Assembly: GCA_024650005.2 (NCBI GenBank)
Contig: CP122380.1
Span: 96,001 to 160,000 of the forward strand
Direction: 5' to 3'
Origin: Candidatus Bathyarchaeum tardum
GTDB lineage: Archaea > Thermoproteota > Bathyarchaeia > Bathyarchaeales > Bathyarchaeaceae
DNA: 64,000 nucleotides
The position numbers and the translations under genes were made by a program. Shown piece by piece: positions 47,621 to 58,755 of this stretch. The notes under the pieces were generated by a model. It saw only the letters and a list, made by a program, of their open reading frames with translations, had not been told where the DNA came from and did not search any database. Position 1 is the stretch's first letter. Each line of letters opens with the position of its first letter.

Positions 47621-48460
47621 TTAGCAAAGGCATAAAGCCTTTCTGACGGATTCATACAATTCCATATTGGCAGCAGCAACAAAAGACACCCTTTGTGTCG
47701 CTTCTAACGGCACATTAAGCTCATTAGCATCTGGTGTCATTATGATTCCGCCCGCTTCTTGTAGGATAAGATATGATGCAACCATGTCTGTCACTCTTAA
47801 TTTTGATCTAACGTCGACAAATACGTCGGTAGAACCGTCTGCAACATAGCAGATTTCTTGTGCATTGGCTCCAAAATGTCGGAAATGTTTTCCACAACTA
47901 AACAATCCTTTAAGTTTGGATACGAATTCTTCAATTTTAATCGTGTTCAAATCTACACCAATAACTGCATCTTCTATGTTCGTCACTTTTGACGGGTTAA
48001 TTGGTTTTCCGTTCTTGAATGCACCCTTATTTTTTTGTGCAGTGTAGGTTATGTCGTGCACTATGTCGGATACAATTGCTGTTTCTACGTTTTTAAGCCA
48101 AGATCCTTTAGAAACGGCAATAACGTGAGCACAAAATGGTAAGCCGTGAACGGCATTTGTTGTGCCATCAACAGGATCAGTTACAACATAATAATCTGAA
48201 GATTCTTTTCCTATTTTTTTGGTTCCTGCTTCTTCACTAACTAATGTACACGATATTTCATGCTTGTTCAAGCAGTCTATCAATGCATTTTCTGCTGCTA
48301 AATCAATTTTTTTTGAGTGGTCTCCCCCTGCTCCCACTGTAAAGCTTTCTGCAGCCTCGGGTGAGCCATAATATTTCTGGGCTGCTTTTTTCATTTCTTG
48401 TGCGCATTCTTGTATTATTTTCAACCAGTCCGTCATTTTTTTCACGCCAGTATTTTCCAA
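47621..48460 (-). CDS. suhB: Inositol monophosphatase / FBPase family protein
   Basis: GAGGD, SEE, DPVDGTTN, R.FGA...E, R..D; start probably ATG 48436. Confidence 0.88.
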   Translation of the reverse strand: MENTGVKKMTDWLKIIQECAQEMKKAAQKYYGSPEAAESFTVGAGGDHSKKIDLAAENALIDCLNKHEISCTLVSEEAGTKKIGKESSDYYVVTDPVDGTTNAVHGLPFCAHVIAVSKGSWLKNVETAIVSDIVHDITYTAQKNKGAFKNGKPINPSKVTNIEDAVIGVDLNTIKIEEFVSKLKGLFSCGKHFRHFGANAQEICYVADGSTDVFVDVRSKLRVTDMVASYLILQEAGGIIMTPDANELNVPLEATQRVSFVAAANMELYESVRKALCLC

Positions 48461-48544
48461 TTAATGAAATACTCATCTTGACATTTAAGCTCAAAGCTTT
48501 AGCGAAAAAACACTTAAGGAAGATTAGAACTTTGAAACAAAGGA

Positions 48545-48632
48545 GCGGGGGTCGCCGAGCCAGGTCAAAGGCGCAGGCTTCAGGAGCCTGTCCCGTAGGG
48601 GTTCGTGGGTTCGAATCCCACTCCCCGCACCA
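48545..48632 (+). tRNA. tRNA-Leu(CAG), CCA encoded
   Basis: GCGGGGG/CTCCCCGC acceptor, CAGGC-TT-CAG-GA-GCCTG anticodon arm, variable arm, GGTTCGAATCC. Confidence 0.96.
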
Positions 48633-48848
48633 TTTTATTAGAAAATTATAACTAGGGTTAAAAGAATTATTCTTTTGTATTTAACGTTAAAACTGCACAA
48701 AGGTAAAACAAAACCCTCAAAAAAGGCAGTCTACATGTATTTGCCCTTAGAAGTTATGGCAGGAGATTGGAAAAACAAAGTAGACCACGCTGGAACCTGG
48801 GTAACGAGACAATCCACCGGATTGTTGCCTAACTATTGTTTTTCATTT

Positions 48849-49349
48849 CTATTTACACATTTTTAGTGATCTTCTATCTTTTATTGTTGCTTCTGCAAGT
48901 TTTCTTCCCAAGTTCATTGCTTGGTTTTCATCTGTTTTCCAAGGGTTAGCACGTTCAGGAACTGTTTCAATAACTATTCCGGGTTTGATAAACATTGGAT
49001 TGAAAACTCCCAAAATACGATCAATATTTTCAAGGGCAATTACTTGAGCACCGGTTCCTGTAGTAAAAACTGCCATAGGTTTACCTGCCATACTATCACG
49101 TAGCGAATAAAGTTGAGTCAACAACGACAATACTTTTCCAGACATTATACTGAAATGTGATGGTGACCCGATGGCATACCCATCAGCTTCAATAACTTCT
49201 TGTAAGTCAACTTCTTCTGTACGTTTTAGTTGAACATTTACATCACAAACTAATTTAACACCTTTAGCCACGGCTCTAGCAAGTTTTTCTGTATTTCCTG
49301 TATTAGAATCATACATTATCAAAATTTTTGGACACATAAAAATCCCCAT
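48849..49349 (-). CDS. Flavodoxin / WrbA-like protein
   Basis: ILIMYDSNTGNTEKLA, IGSPSHF, GKPMAVFTT. Confidence 0.85.
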   Translation of the reverse strand: MGIFMCPKILIMYDSNTGNTEKLARAVAKGVKLVCDVNVQLKRTEEVDLQEVIEADGYAIGSPSHFSIMSGKVLSLLTQLYSLRDSMAGKPMAVFTTGTGAQVIALENIDRILGVFNPMFIKPGIVIETVPERANPWKTDENQAMNLGRKLAEATIKDRRSLKMCK

Positions 49350-49546
49350 ATATTATATCTTTGATTTCATATAAAAAATAAGCTATAGTAAAATTTGTGG
49401 TGCAATAATTTGATTGCTTCTTTTATGTGGAAATGTAAAAGTTTCAAAATTGAACTGGAATATTTTTTTTCAAATAATTCCCTGATTTATTTATTAAAAA
49501 AGGTGGGGGGGGGTCCAATCTCTTTGAAAAATGAAACCCGATCTAA

Positions 49547-49768
49547 TTATTGTAATATGTCGTTTCCTTGTTCAGTTAGACTATAGTTATTTTCTATTTG
49601 TTTTACAAGTCCTGCGTTGACTAGTTCTCTGAGTCCACTTCTGACTTTAAACATAGGTTGTCCTGTTTGTTCTGAAACTGTTTTAGCTGTTGATGCTCCA
49701 TTTTTGATTGCCGTTAGTGTTGCAATTCCACTTTTGGTTGGCTTTCCATCTGCAGAAACACATGGCAA
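49547..49768 (-). CDS. Small wHTH protein with N-terminal Cys, downstream of peroxiredoxin
   Basis: TTG start at 49768: MPCVSADG...VSEQTGQPMFKVRSGLRELVNAGLV...YSLTEQG. Confidence 0.75.
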   Translation of the reverse strand: MPCVSADGKPTKSGIATLTAIKNGASTAKTVSEQTGQPMFKVRSGLRELVNAGLVKQIENNYSLTEQGNDILQ

Positions 49769-49773
49769 GATTA

Positions 49774-50436
49774 TCACAACTTTTTGAAACAAAGATACCA
49801 ATCTTTGCAATCATATCCTTCTTTTATTCGCTCTTCAGCTCCTTCAGCAGTAGCTGGTGGTGGAACAACAACCGGGTCACCGGGTTTCCAATTTGCAGGC
49901 GTAGCAACTTTATGTTTATCTGTGGTTTGTAGCGCATCAATAATTCGTAAAATTTCTTGCATGTTTCTTCCAGTTGATAATGGATAGTACAAGATAGTTC
50001 TAATTTTGCTCTCTGGATCAATGATGAAAACACATCTAACCGTTTCAGTTTTGCTTTGTCCGGGATGAATCATCCCAAATTTTTGGGACACTTCTTTGTT
50101 TAGGTCTGCAATTATTGGAAATGGAATTTTAACACCCATCTTTTCTTCGACGTTTCTTGCCCAAGCAATGTGAGATGAGACACTATCAACGCTTAAACCA
50201 AGAAGTTCTGTGTTTCTTTGTTTTAGGTCATCAGCAATTTTTGAAAATGCAATGAACTCTGTTGTGCAAACAGGAGTAAAATCTGCAGGATGTGAAAACA
50301 AAACAAGCCAACTTCCTTCATAATCTGACAGTCTTAATGTTCCCTGTGTTGTAACTGCTTCAAAGTCAGGAGCCCTTTCTCCAATTAATGGAAACTTAAT
50401 TTCATTTGTTTGATTTTCCATCAAAAACACCAACAA
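49774..50436 (-). CDS. Peroxiredoxin (Prx6/archaeal type)
   Basis: FSHPADFTPVCTTE, YYP...GRN, TPANW, C-terminal CKDWYLC; start probably ATG 50421. Confidence 0.95.
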   Translation of the reverse strand: MLVFLMENQTNEIKFPLIGERAPDFEAVTTQGTLRLSDYEGSWLVLFSHPADFTPVCTTEFIAFSKIADDLKQRNTELLGLSVDSVSSHIAWARNVEEKMGVKIPFPIIADLNKEVSQKFGMIHPGQSKTETVRCVFIIDPESKIRTILYYPLSTGRNMQEILRIIDALQTTDKHKVATPANWKPGDPVVVPPPATAEGAEERIKEGYDCKDWYLCFKKL

Positions 50437-50648
50437 TAATTATTACTAACTTTGATTTTTTATGGGTTGTGTTTATTTTTTAAACTGTAACGTCATTTTT
50501 AATTTTCTTTGAGCTTCTTCGCTTTAGGCGTAGAATTTAACTCATTCTTATGTCGAAACAAAGGCAAATCAAAATTTTTTCTATTCGTTCAACGTCAAAA
50601 ATTTTTAGGTTATTATTTCCTGCTTTTTTCCTCTTTTTCTCTTTATTC

Positions 50649-51887
50649 CTAAATTGAATAATTCATTAAAATCAACGCAATAAGTAACGCTAAAGTTGTT
50701 ATTGTGTCTGCAAGAGAGCTTTCAATGGGGATAACAAAATTGTCTGGGTCTAAACCTCTTCTATAGGTTAAAATTGCTACTGAAAAAGATACTATTACTA
50801 TTACTAAAACTGAAATTATGTTTAGTATAACTAAAAGACCAAGAAAATTCAGGAAGGATTGCAACATCAACGAGCCCTGAATGGACAAGGAAATAACAGC
50901 GTACAAAGTAAACATAATAAGTGATGCAATCCACGTAGTTACGATTCGTTTTGAGTGGCTAAATATTGAACGAAAAGAAGGAGAAAGCAAACCTAAAGCC
51001 AATTTTGTAGTAGCTGTAGAGCCAACTATTGAACCTACATCTCCCACAGTGTCAATTAATGCAGGATAAACTGTGTAAATTTCTTTTCTACTGTTCACAA
51101 TTTTTTCAACATCTTTTAAAATGGTACCTGTGATGTTAACAATTATTGCAACAAAAAACAGTGTCACGAATGATTCTTTGATTGTTTTTATGAAGTCTTT
51201 GTTATGGATGCAGTTACGTAAGAAAATTAGAGCAACAATTGAAAGTATTAACCCCAAAGAAAAGACGACACTTTTTCCAACTATATTGAACATGAAAAAC
51301 AGGTTTAATATGAAAACATAAGATAATGTAACAGTAATATCTGCAGTTGTTGACATTATTGGATATACAATAACATCTGTGTCCAGCCCCCTCTTAAAAG
51401 AAGTAAACGCAAATAGTATTGTGAACAACGAGTTGATTAATCCTAAAAACATGGTTGCTGATACAACCATTAAAATGTCAAAAAAATCTAGGAAAGTTAT
51501 TCCCCAGAAAAGGCTTCCAATTATTATTGAAAACATGCTCATTATAATACTTGTTTCCAAAGTTAGGACAATTATTGATTTCAAAAGCGTATAGAATTCT
51601 TTAGTGTTTCCGCGAAGTTTAGGATAGATTGTTCCAAGATGCAAGCCTGTACTTAGCCGACCACTGTACAGACCGCTTACTACACCCCGTGCACTTAGAA
51701 CAACTGGATAAACTGCAATAGCCCATGGAGCAAGTTCAAAAACATTGAATTGAAACGCTACAATAAAACCAGCTAATATGCCGCCGAGATTAAATGAGAG
51801 GGCAATAAATGTTTCTTTCAATAACTCCATCGAAACAGCATGTTTGCTGAAGCTTTGCCAGATGTTGGCTAGACTCATCCGGTTCAC
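50649..51887 (-). CDS. MgtE/SLC41-type divalent cation transporter (two membrane repeats)
   Basis: P.VLSARG...G...RLST.LHLG, GLD.D...P..ST.AD and GLDPDNFVIPIESSLAD repeats. Confidence 0.85.
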   Translation of the reverse strand: MNRMSLANIWQSFSKHAVSMELLKETFIALSFNLGGILAGFIVAFQFNVFELAPWAIAVYPVVLSARGVVSGLYSGRLSTGLHLGTIYPKLRGNTKEFYTLLKSIIVLTLETSIIMSMFSIIIGSLFWGITFLDFFDILMVVSATMFLGLINSLFTILFAFTSFKRGLDTDVIVYPIMSTTADITVTLSYVFILNLFFMFNIVGKSVVFSLGLILSIVALIFLRNCIHNKDFIKTIKESFVTLFFVAIIVNITGTILKDVEKIVNSRKEIYTVYPALIDTVGDVGSIVGSTATTKLALGLLSPSFRSIFSHSKRIVTTWIASLIMFTLYAVISLSIQGSLMLQSFLNFLGLLVILNIISVLVIVIVSFSVAILTYRRGLDPDNFVIPIESSLADTITTLALLIALILMNYSI

Positions 51888-52341
51888 TCTCCACCTGTAA
51901 TTCCTCCTTCAGCAAATCGCTTTTTTCCATTATGGCGCCCTTTTTGTCGCGTTTTAATCTACTTTAATGTAGCGAATATAAAAAGATTTTTTGCAGTTGA
52001 TGGTCAAACAACTTGAAAACGTTTTGACTAAAACTTGATTATTACTAAGGGGCAAATAGACTTTTAATATTTTTAATAGCGCTTACACAGATTCACCAAA
52101 AGGGTTTTAAATCAAAAATAGAACCGCTTTGTTTCAGAGTTTTTGTCATAAGAATTTGTGATTGTATGGGAAATAACAATATGCTGGAATGGTTGGGTAT
52201 ACTAAAGAATCTGTTGTTTTTCTTTTTTCTTTAATTGTCTTGTATATTCTAATAGTACTGGTTTATCACTTGGTTAAAGTAGCCGAATTTGTGTTTGAGC
52301 CAGTCAACAGCAACATGAATTTGCCTTAATGGTGTTTGTTT

Positions 52342-52805
52342 TTTAACAATAAAAACTACAGTCAACGTCTTTGGTCGTTTCTTTAGTTTTCCCTTCTTGA
52401 TGAATATCCCTTCGACTGATATTTAGATAGGTTTTCTATGATTGTTAAATCAATTCCCTTACATTTAACCAATTCAAGCACGCTTTAAGTTGGGTCTGAT
52501 TATGTAATTAACCGCGCGTCAATTTCTATTCCTGAATTTACACAGTTTTCTTTTGCGTTTTTAAATAATTTTTTCCTGATTCTAAGTACACTTCTTCACT
52601 TTTTCAACAATACATTGAGGCAACTGGTAATAGGCTTTCAATTCAGGATGTAAAAAAGTGTTAGGCACAACATGACCAACAGTTACTTTTGAACCATACT
52701 TGGAAGAAATCAACAAAGCAACTGTTTGAGCATGAACACAAGAACGCAAATCATCTACTCGAACAAGAATATTATGAAAAAATGATTTCCATTCATTATT
52801 TTCAA
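52342..52805 (-). pseudogene. Degraded universal stress protein (UspA) gene
   Basis: Frame-broken fragments FHNILVRVDD...AQTVALLISSKYGSKVTVGHVV...HPELKAYY / YLESGK / SGIEIDARLIT*SDPT*SVLELVKCKGIDLTIIEN / DC...IVK with in-frame stops and frameshifts. Confidence 0.7.
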
Positions 52806-52911
52806 ATTTGCTTCCTTGTCCGTGTTAACCGATCTTTCATAAAGTGCCTTATTAATAACCTGTTGGTATATTTTAAGAACAATCAACAATTAATGTAATA
52901 CGGGGAAAAAC

Positions 52912-53226
52912 GTGAAGGAAATTGGTCTTTTAGCCGATAGGCATACTGCAACTTGTTTTAAGTTGGCTGGATTACGTAATGTTTTTTCAGTTAATGATCA
53001 TGCAACAGCAGAAGAAACATTTTTTGAAATCTTGGAAAAAAACAATCTGCGTGTTCTCCTTGTTTCTGAAATAATATTAAATAACCTACAAAATATTACT
53101 ACACTTTCAGAACAACAATCTCCCTTAATTGTTCCAATACCTACTATGCTCGGTCGAGGATCTTCAAAGGTGGATTTCATGGTAGAGCTGATTAAAAACA
53201 AAACAGGGATCGAGGTGAAACTTTGA
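52912..53226 (+). CDS. atpF: A/V-type ATP synthase subunit F
   Basis: IGLLAD..T...FKLAG, PLIVPIP, ELIK...GI. Confidence 0.85.
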   Translation: MKEIGLLADRHTATCFKLAGLRNVFSVNDHATAEETFFEILEKNNLRVLLVSEIILNNLQNITTLSEQQSPLIVPIPTMLGRGSSKVDFMVELIKNKTGIEVKL

Positions 53227-55025
53227 CAACTCAACAAAAAATTCGAACGTCAAAGGGCACAATCTATCGAGTAGCAGGGCCTTTCATTATTGCTAAGGGC
53301 ATGTCAAGTTCTAGAATGTATGAGTTAGTAAGGGTCGGAGAAGCAGGTATAATTGGAGAAATAATTCGTCTTGAAGGTCAAAAGGTAGCGATACAAGCTT
53401 ATGAAGAAACTACTGGCATAAAAACAGGAGAAAAAGTAGAAGGCACTGGAAAACCGCTATCTGTTGAACTAGGTCCTGGGTTGATAAGTCAAATATACGA
53501 CGGGATCCAACGCCCGTTACCAGTTATTCAAGGCTTAATTGGATCTAGAATTGAACGCGGGGTAATCCCTCCTGCGTTGGACCGAAAAAAACAGTGGTAC
53601 TTTACCCCAAAACTCAAAAAAGAAACTAAAGTCGTGGGCGGTGACGTACTCGGAACAGTTACTGAAACCTCCCTTGTGGAGCATAATGTTCTTGTTCCTC
53701 CTACAGTCAAGGGAGTTGTAGAAGACATTGTCTCCGAAGGAAAATATTTAGTAACTGACACAATCGCCCACGTGAAAACAAATGAAAAATTACAACCATT
53801 ACATCTGATGCACACATGGCCTATACGACAAGCTCGTCCGTCCAAAACTATTCTATCTACTGAGATTCCTTTGTTGACTGGACAACGGATAATTGATGCT
53901 TTCTTTCCTTTATCCAAAGGAGGAACTGCAGTTGTTTCCGGTGGGTTTGGAACTGGAAAAACTGTTTTATCCCAAACCTTAGCGCGGTGTGCAGATGCAG
54001 ATGTTCTTATTCTAGTTGGCTGTGGTGAACGGGGTAACGAAATGGCTGATGCTATTGAACGTTTCCCACAACTGCAAGATTTTCGTTCGGGTAAACCTTT
54101 GATAAATAAAACAATACTTATTGCAAACACTTCAGATATGCCCATCGCAGGCCGGGAAGCAAGCGTGTATTCTGCTCTAACCCTTGCGGAATACTACCGT
54201 GACATGGGGTATGATGTTGCACTTATGGCGGACTCAACTTCTAGATGGGCAGAGGCTCTTCGTGAAGTATCAGGCAGATTAGAAGAAATGCCTGGAGAAG
54301 AAGGATACCCCGCATATTTAGCCTCAAGACTCGCCGATTTTTATTCCCGCGCAGGACGTGTTTTGACCCTAGGAAATGAAGAAAGACAGGGTTCAGTTAC
54401 TGTTGTTGGTGCAGTCTCTCCCCCCGGAGGAGATTTTTCTGAACCTGTAACAGAAAAAACTATCAGATTAACTCGAGTGTTCTGGGCTCTTGATTTTTCG
54501 TTGGCTCATCGTAGGCATTATCCAGCGATTAACTGGTTTAGGAGTTACTCTGAATATTTGGGGTCTCTTCAGAATTGGTACGAAACAATAGGAACTGACT
54601 GGAGCCGCCTACGCGAAAATGCCATGACTCTGTTAAAAGAAGAAGAAAAACTTCGAGAAGTAGTTTCTTTAGTTGGTGCTGATATACTTGGGGATAAACA
54701 ACGCACCGTTTTTGAAGCTGTTAAAATGTTAAAAGAGTATTTTCTTCTTCAAAGCGCTTTTCATCCTGTTGACTTGTATTGTCCAATGAAAAAAACATAC
54801 AAAATGCTTGAATTGATCTTAAAATTCTTCGAAAAATCACAACATGCAGTTAATTCTGGTGTTCCATTATCCTCTATTCTTTGCCTTGATGTAAAAGAAG
54901 ATCTTGCACGAATGAAAATCATAAAAACAGATGAATTTGAAAACGCCAGCACAAACATCTACCAAAAAATGGATCAACAATTTGAACAGTTACTAAAAGA
55001 AACTGCAGGATGCTCGTCCCAATGA
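53223..55025 (+). CDS. atpA: A/V-type ATP synthase subunit A
   Basis: VELGPGL...[50 protein letters not shown]. Confidence 0.96.
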   Translation: MTTQQKIRTSKGTIYRVAGPFIIAKGMSSSRMYELVRVGEAGIIGEIIRLEGQKVAIQAYEETTGIKTGEKVEGTGKPLSVELGPGLISQIYDGIQRPLPVIQGLIGSRIERGVIPPALDRKKQWYFTPKLKKETKVVGGDVLGTVTETSLVEHNVLVPPTVKGVVEDIVSEGKYLVTDTIAHVKTNEKLQPLHLMHTWPIRQARPSKTILSTEIPLLTGQRIIDAFFPLSKGGTAVVSGGFGTGKTVLSQTLARCADADVLILVGCGERGNEMADAIERFPQLQDFRSGKPLINKTILIANTSDMPIAGREASVYSALTLAEYYRDMGYDVALMADSTSRWAEALREVSGRLEEMPGEEGYPAYLASRLADFYSRAGRVLTLGNEERQGSVTVVGAVSPPGGDFSEPVTEKTIRLTRVFWALDFSLAHRRHYPAINWFRSYSEYLGSLQNWYETIGTDWSRLRENAMTLLKEEEKLREVVSLVGADILGDKQRTVFEAVKMLKEYFLLQSAFHPVDLYCPMKKTYKMLELILKFFEKSQHAVNSGVPLSSILCLDVKEDLARMKIIKTDEFENASTNIYQKMDQQFEQLLKETAGCSSQ

Positions 55026-56434
55026 AGAACTTCGCAAAGTCTGGTCGCACTTTTAGGACCATAAATGAAATTTCTGGCCCTCTGGTTTTTATTGAATCAG
55101 TAACTGGGGTTGGTTATGGCGAACTTGTAGAAGTAACTGCGCCAAACGGTGAAAATAGAACCGGACAAGTTATTGATGTTAGTGAAAACATCACAGTTGT
55201 TCAAGTTTTTGAAGGCACCTCTGACCTTGATATGAAGAATACCACGGCAAGGTTTACTGGGGAACCTATTAAATTGGCTGTTTCGATGGATATGTTAGGA
55301 CGGATTTTTACTGGCGGGGGTAAGCCTATTGATGGTGGACCCGATGTTGTTCCAGAACTTTACTTAGATGTTCATGGCTATCCAATTAACCCGTACTCAA
55401 GACTATATCCAACTGATTTTATTCAGACTGGAATTTCAGCAATTGATGGGATGAACCCACTGGTTTTAGGTCAAAAACTTCCAGTATTTTCTGGTTCTGG
55501 ATTGCCCCACAAAATCCTTGCATCTCAGATAGTTAAACAAGCAAAAGTAAAAGGAAAGGAAGAGGACTTCAACATAGTTTTTGCAGCCATGGGTATAACT
55601 TCAGAAGAAGCAAAATTCTTCAAAGAAGACTTCATGAAAATGGGTGTTCTAGGAAGAGTAGTTATGTTTGTTAATCTGGCCGAAGACCCAATCATAGAAC
55701 GGATTTTGAGTCCGCGTTTGGCACTTACGGCTGCTGAGTATTTGGCCTTTGAAAAAGACATGAACATCCTTACGATTCTTGTTGATATGACCAATTATTG
55801 TGAAGCTTTACGTGAAATTTCTGCTTCGCGCATGGAAATTCCAGGTCGCCGAGGCTATCCAGGATATATGTATACAGATTTGTCCAGCCTTTATGAACGA
55901 GCGGGAAGGATTAAAGAAAAAAACGGTTCCATAACTTTGATTCCAATTTTAACAATGCCTGACGACGACATAACCCATCCTATTCCTGACTTGACAGGTT
56001 ACATTACAGAAGGTCAGATAATCTTAGATCGATCCTTGCACAAAATGGGTTTATATCCCCCAATTAATCCTTTGCCTTCCCTTTCTCGTCTTATGGATAA
56101 TGCAATTGGAAAAGGCAAAACACGTGAAGACCATAAACAGTTGTCTGACCAGTTGTATTATTCGTATGCAGAAGGAAAAGTAATCAGAGAAACAGCATTG
56201 GTTTCGGGAGAAGCTGCGTTAACTCACGTTGAAAAATTATACATGCGCTTTGCAGACCGATTTGAACGTGAATTCATTGCTCAGGGACCTGAAGAAAACC
56301 GTGACATAGAGACAACCCTTGAGTTTGGTTGGGAATTTTTGTCTGAACTTCCTGAATCTGAATTTTCAAGGATAGACCCTGCTATAATCAAAAAGTATAA
56401 TCCTAAGCATAAAACAGGGGATGTGCCCAATTAG
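55010..56434 (+). CDS. atpB: A/V-type ATP synthase subunit B
   Basis: [57 protein letters not shown]. Confidence 0.96.
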   Translation: MLVPMKNFAKSGRTFRTINEISGPLVFIESVTGVGYGELVEVTAPNGENRTGQVIDVSENITVVQVFEGTSDLDMKNTTARFTGEPIKLAVSMDMLGRIFTGGGKPIDGGPDVVPELYLDVHGYPINPYSRLYPTDFIQTGISAIDGMNPLVLGQKLPVFSGSGLPHKILASQIVKQAKVKGKEEDFNIVFAAMGITSEEAKFFKEDFMKMGVLGRVVMFVNLAEDPIIERILSPRLALTAAEYLAFEKDMNILTILVDMTNYCEALREISASRMEIPGRRGYPGYMYTDLSSLYERAGRIKEKNGSITLIPILTMPDDDITHPIPDLTGYITEGQIILDRSLHKMGLYPPINPLPSLSRLMDNAIGKGKTREDHKQLSDQLYYSYAEGKVIRETALVSGEAALTHVEKLYMRFADRFEREFIAQGPEENRDIETTLEFGWEFLSELPESEFSRIDPAIIKKYNPKHKTGDVPN

Positions 56435-56436
56435 TC

Positions 56437-57090
56437 ATGTCTGCTGAACTTACTAATGTTCATCCGACTCGTTTAGAACTCTTACGACTGAAACATCGAA
56501 AGTCGATGGCTGACGGAATTGTTGATATATTAAAAAAAGAAATTGATGCGTTGACCCTTACACTTCTTGAACTTTTGAAGAAATATTCACCTTTGCGGGA
56601 AAAAATGTATATTACATTAAATGAAGCTTACAATTTTTTTGTTGAATCTCAGATGGTTTCGGGTTCGAAAAAAGTTGACGAAGCCTCACTTGTTACTCAA
56701 CCTGTTGATTATTACATTTTTGAAGAAACAACAACAGGAGTTCTAGGGCTGCAGTTTCCAGTTTTTCAACTAGAACAAAACCAAATCATCGGTCCTCGTT
56801 TCAATCCTTTGGACACTCCAGCTAGTTTAGACAATTCTTCTTCAAAAATTAATGATGCACTCCATGACGTAGTTAAACTTGCAGAGATAATGGAATGTAT
56901 TAAAACCCTTCTTGATGTAATTGCCAGAAAGAAGCGGCAAATGAATCGGCTTCAGTTTAAGATTATACCTGAACTGGATGCAACGATTCGTTATATTGAG
57001 TTGATTCTGGAAGAAACTGAACGCCAAGATGCCATCAGAGTTAGAGTTCTCCAAAGAAAACGAAAAGAGCGGTCTATGAAACGTGCTTGA
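56437..57090 (+). CDS. atpD: A/V-type ATP synthase subunit D
   Basis: PTRLELLRLK...LKK..DAL, RQMNRL...IIP.L...IRYI...LEE.ER. Confidence 0.88.
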   Translation: MSAELTNVHPTRLELLRLKHRKSMADGIVDILKKEIDALTLTLLELLKKYSPLREKMYITLNEAYNFFVESQMVSGSKKVDEASLVTQPVDYYIFEETTTGVLGLQFPVFQLEQNQIIGPRFNPLDTPASLDNSSSKINDALHDVVKLAEIMECIKTLLDVIARKKRQMNRLQFKIIPELDATIRYIELILEETERQDAIRVRVLQRKRKERSMKRA

Positions 57091-57106
57091 AAGAAAATAG
57101 GGAGGT

Positions 57107-58192
57107 TTGTTGGTGTCTGCGTGGAAATATAAACAGTTAATGCCTAAGCTTATAGTTTACAAGCTTAACCTCATGGACACAAAACGAATAACAGGATTAG
57201 TTGGTTCAAGTCTTTTTCAAATCTCTTTCGTACTACAGAATAGCCCATATAAACCAGAAGTTGTTGAGGTTAACACAAAAGAGCTAACTTCCATTTCTTT
57301 GGAGGCTGCTCTTCAAAAAAATTTTATTAAAACCTGTGAAAACCTCATGACTTTGTCGCCTAAAGGAATTCGTTCCCTGATTTCTGGGTTGTTACTAAAG
57401 TTTGAGGCAAACTGTGTGAAAACTTTACTCCGAGCTAAAGAAGCTAAACTTTCTGTAGAAGAATCAATGAATTACGTTGTTCCTGTTGGAAACTTGGATG
57501 AGTTAACTTGTAGAAAAATTTTAGAAAACTCTGAAAACATTGAAGATGTTATTGAGTTTCTTTCAGATTTTGAGTATGGACTGTTACTGGAAAAAGAGTT
57601 TGAAGTTTACCTGAAAACTAAATTGTTTTATGTTTTGGAAGTTGCCCTTGACCGTTATGTTTATTGTAATCTTTGGAATCAGGCAAGAAAACTTTGGGGT
57701 TTGGATAAAAAGATTGCTAAAACAGTTATCGGATTAGAAGTGGATGCCCTCAACATCAAAACCGTTTTTCGGTGCAAGAAAATGGGTCTCAGTCATCAAC
57801 AGATACAACAGTACCTTATTCCTGTGTCATCAGTGTTAGGTGAAAAAGAGCTAAACGAAGCAATAACTGCTTCAGGTAACCAATCCACAATTGAATCTTT
57901 GATTAAGTCAGCTAAATATGCCTTATCACGAGACCATCAATACATTTTTGCTGAACTGCAAGACTTAGACTTGACCTCACTGACAACCCTTGAGACTTTC
58001 CTTGATCGAGGGTTACTAGAAACTAATTTACGAATGCTAAAAAGACATACCGCATATTTTAATATCGGTTTACTGTTGGCTTACTTGAACCTGAAATGGT
58101 TTGAAATAAAAAATCTAAGAAGCATCATCCGTGCTTCAGAAGCAGGTATCCTTTCGGAAAAAGTGAAAAAATTATTAATTCTTCCAAGATAA
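57107..58192 (+). CDS. atpC: A/V-type ATP synthase subunit C (d)
   Basis: NCVKTLLR, E.ALDRY, D..NIKTVFR.K, AYL..K..EIKNLR.I. Confidence 0.85.
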   Translation: MLVSAWKYKQLMPKLIVYKLNLMDTKRITGLVGSSLFQISFVLQNSPYKPEVVEVNTKELTSISLEAALQKNFIKTCENLMTLSPKGIRSLISGLLLKFEANCVKTLLRAKEAKLSVEESMNYVVPVGNLDELTCRKILENSENIEDVIEFLSDFEYGLLLEKEFEVYLKTKLFYVLEVALDRYVYCNLWNQARKLWGLDKKIAKTVIGLEVDALNIKTVFRCKKMGLSHQQIQQYLIPVSSVLGEKELNEAITASGNQSTIESLIKSAKYALSRDHQYIFAELQDLDLTSLTTLETFLDRGLLETNLRMLKRHTAYFNIGLLLAYLNLKWFEIKNLRSIIRASEAGILSEKVKKLLILPR

Positions 58193-58198
58193 TCGAAA

Positions 58199-58753
58199 TT
58201 AATGGAGAACTTTATCAAGTTCTTCCCGTTTTTCTTGAAGCCACTCTTTGAGTATCATGCCTTTTTCTGAAACATCATGTTCTCTGAGGTTTAATAAAGT
58301 AGGGGGAAGCTTCCGATGCATAAATCTTTTGAGCTTTAGTCTGAAAGTTCCTGTTGATTGACATTTTTTTGGTCTTTTCTTAATCAAAAATGAATAATGC
58401 GTTTTAGTTGCTCCTCGCTTTAACTGCTTAAGAAAAAGTGCTTCTTGCTTATTCTCACCATGTAATCGTTTATTCAAGCTGTTTTTTCTTAACTCTGATT
58501 TTGTTAAGTTTATTTCTCGTTTTATTCTGAATTTTGAACCTTGATGTTCCGTGGATTTCAACTGCTGTTTTAGTCTTTTTAGATTTCTTTTCAACTTAAC
58601 AGATTCTGCTATGTGGGGATAAACCTCAGAAAAATTATGATACTCCGTAGTTTCACTTACTTGTTGATTCAAGTCAGCTTTAACTATTTTTTCATAATAG
58701 TTGAAATGCTTCATTTCACTTTTCACAAATATGTTTTCCCTCAATGCGAACAT
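58199..58753 (-). CDS. Hypothetical basic, coiled-coil protein
   Basis: 184-aa ORF starting 2 nt after the atpK stop; K/R-rich; no recognisable motif. Confidence 0.55.
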   Translation of the reverse strand: MFALRENIFVKSEMKHFNYYEKIVKADLNQQVSETTEYHNFSEVYPHIAESVKLKRNLKRLKQQLKSTEHQGSKFRIKREINLTKSELRKNSLNKRLHGENKQEALFLKQLKRGATKTHYSFLIKKRPKKCQSTGTFRLKLKRFMHRKLPPTLLNLREHDVSEKGMILKEWLQEKREELDKVLH

Positions 58754-58755
58754 TA

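Noticed and set aside
48675-48866. 63-aa ORF and the ACAATCC-ACC-GGATTGT hairpin (~48809-48825) after tRNA-Leu
   Set aside because: The ORF has no SD or motif; the hairpin alone is too short to call an ncRNA or terminator.
52189-52329. 46-aa hydrophobic ORF (MVGYTKESVVFLFSLIVLYILIVLVYHL...)
   Set aside because: No convincing SD, and T-rich DNA yields hydrophobic ORFs by chance; unsupported without homologues.
48633-52900. Integrated element at tRNA-Leu
   Set aside because: No integrase or transposase and no duplicated tRNA 3' end (att) seen; the genes are ordinary stress and transport functions.
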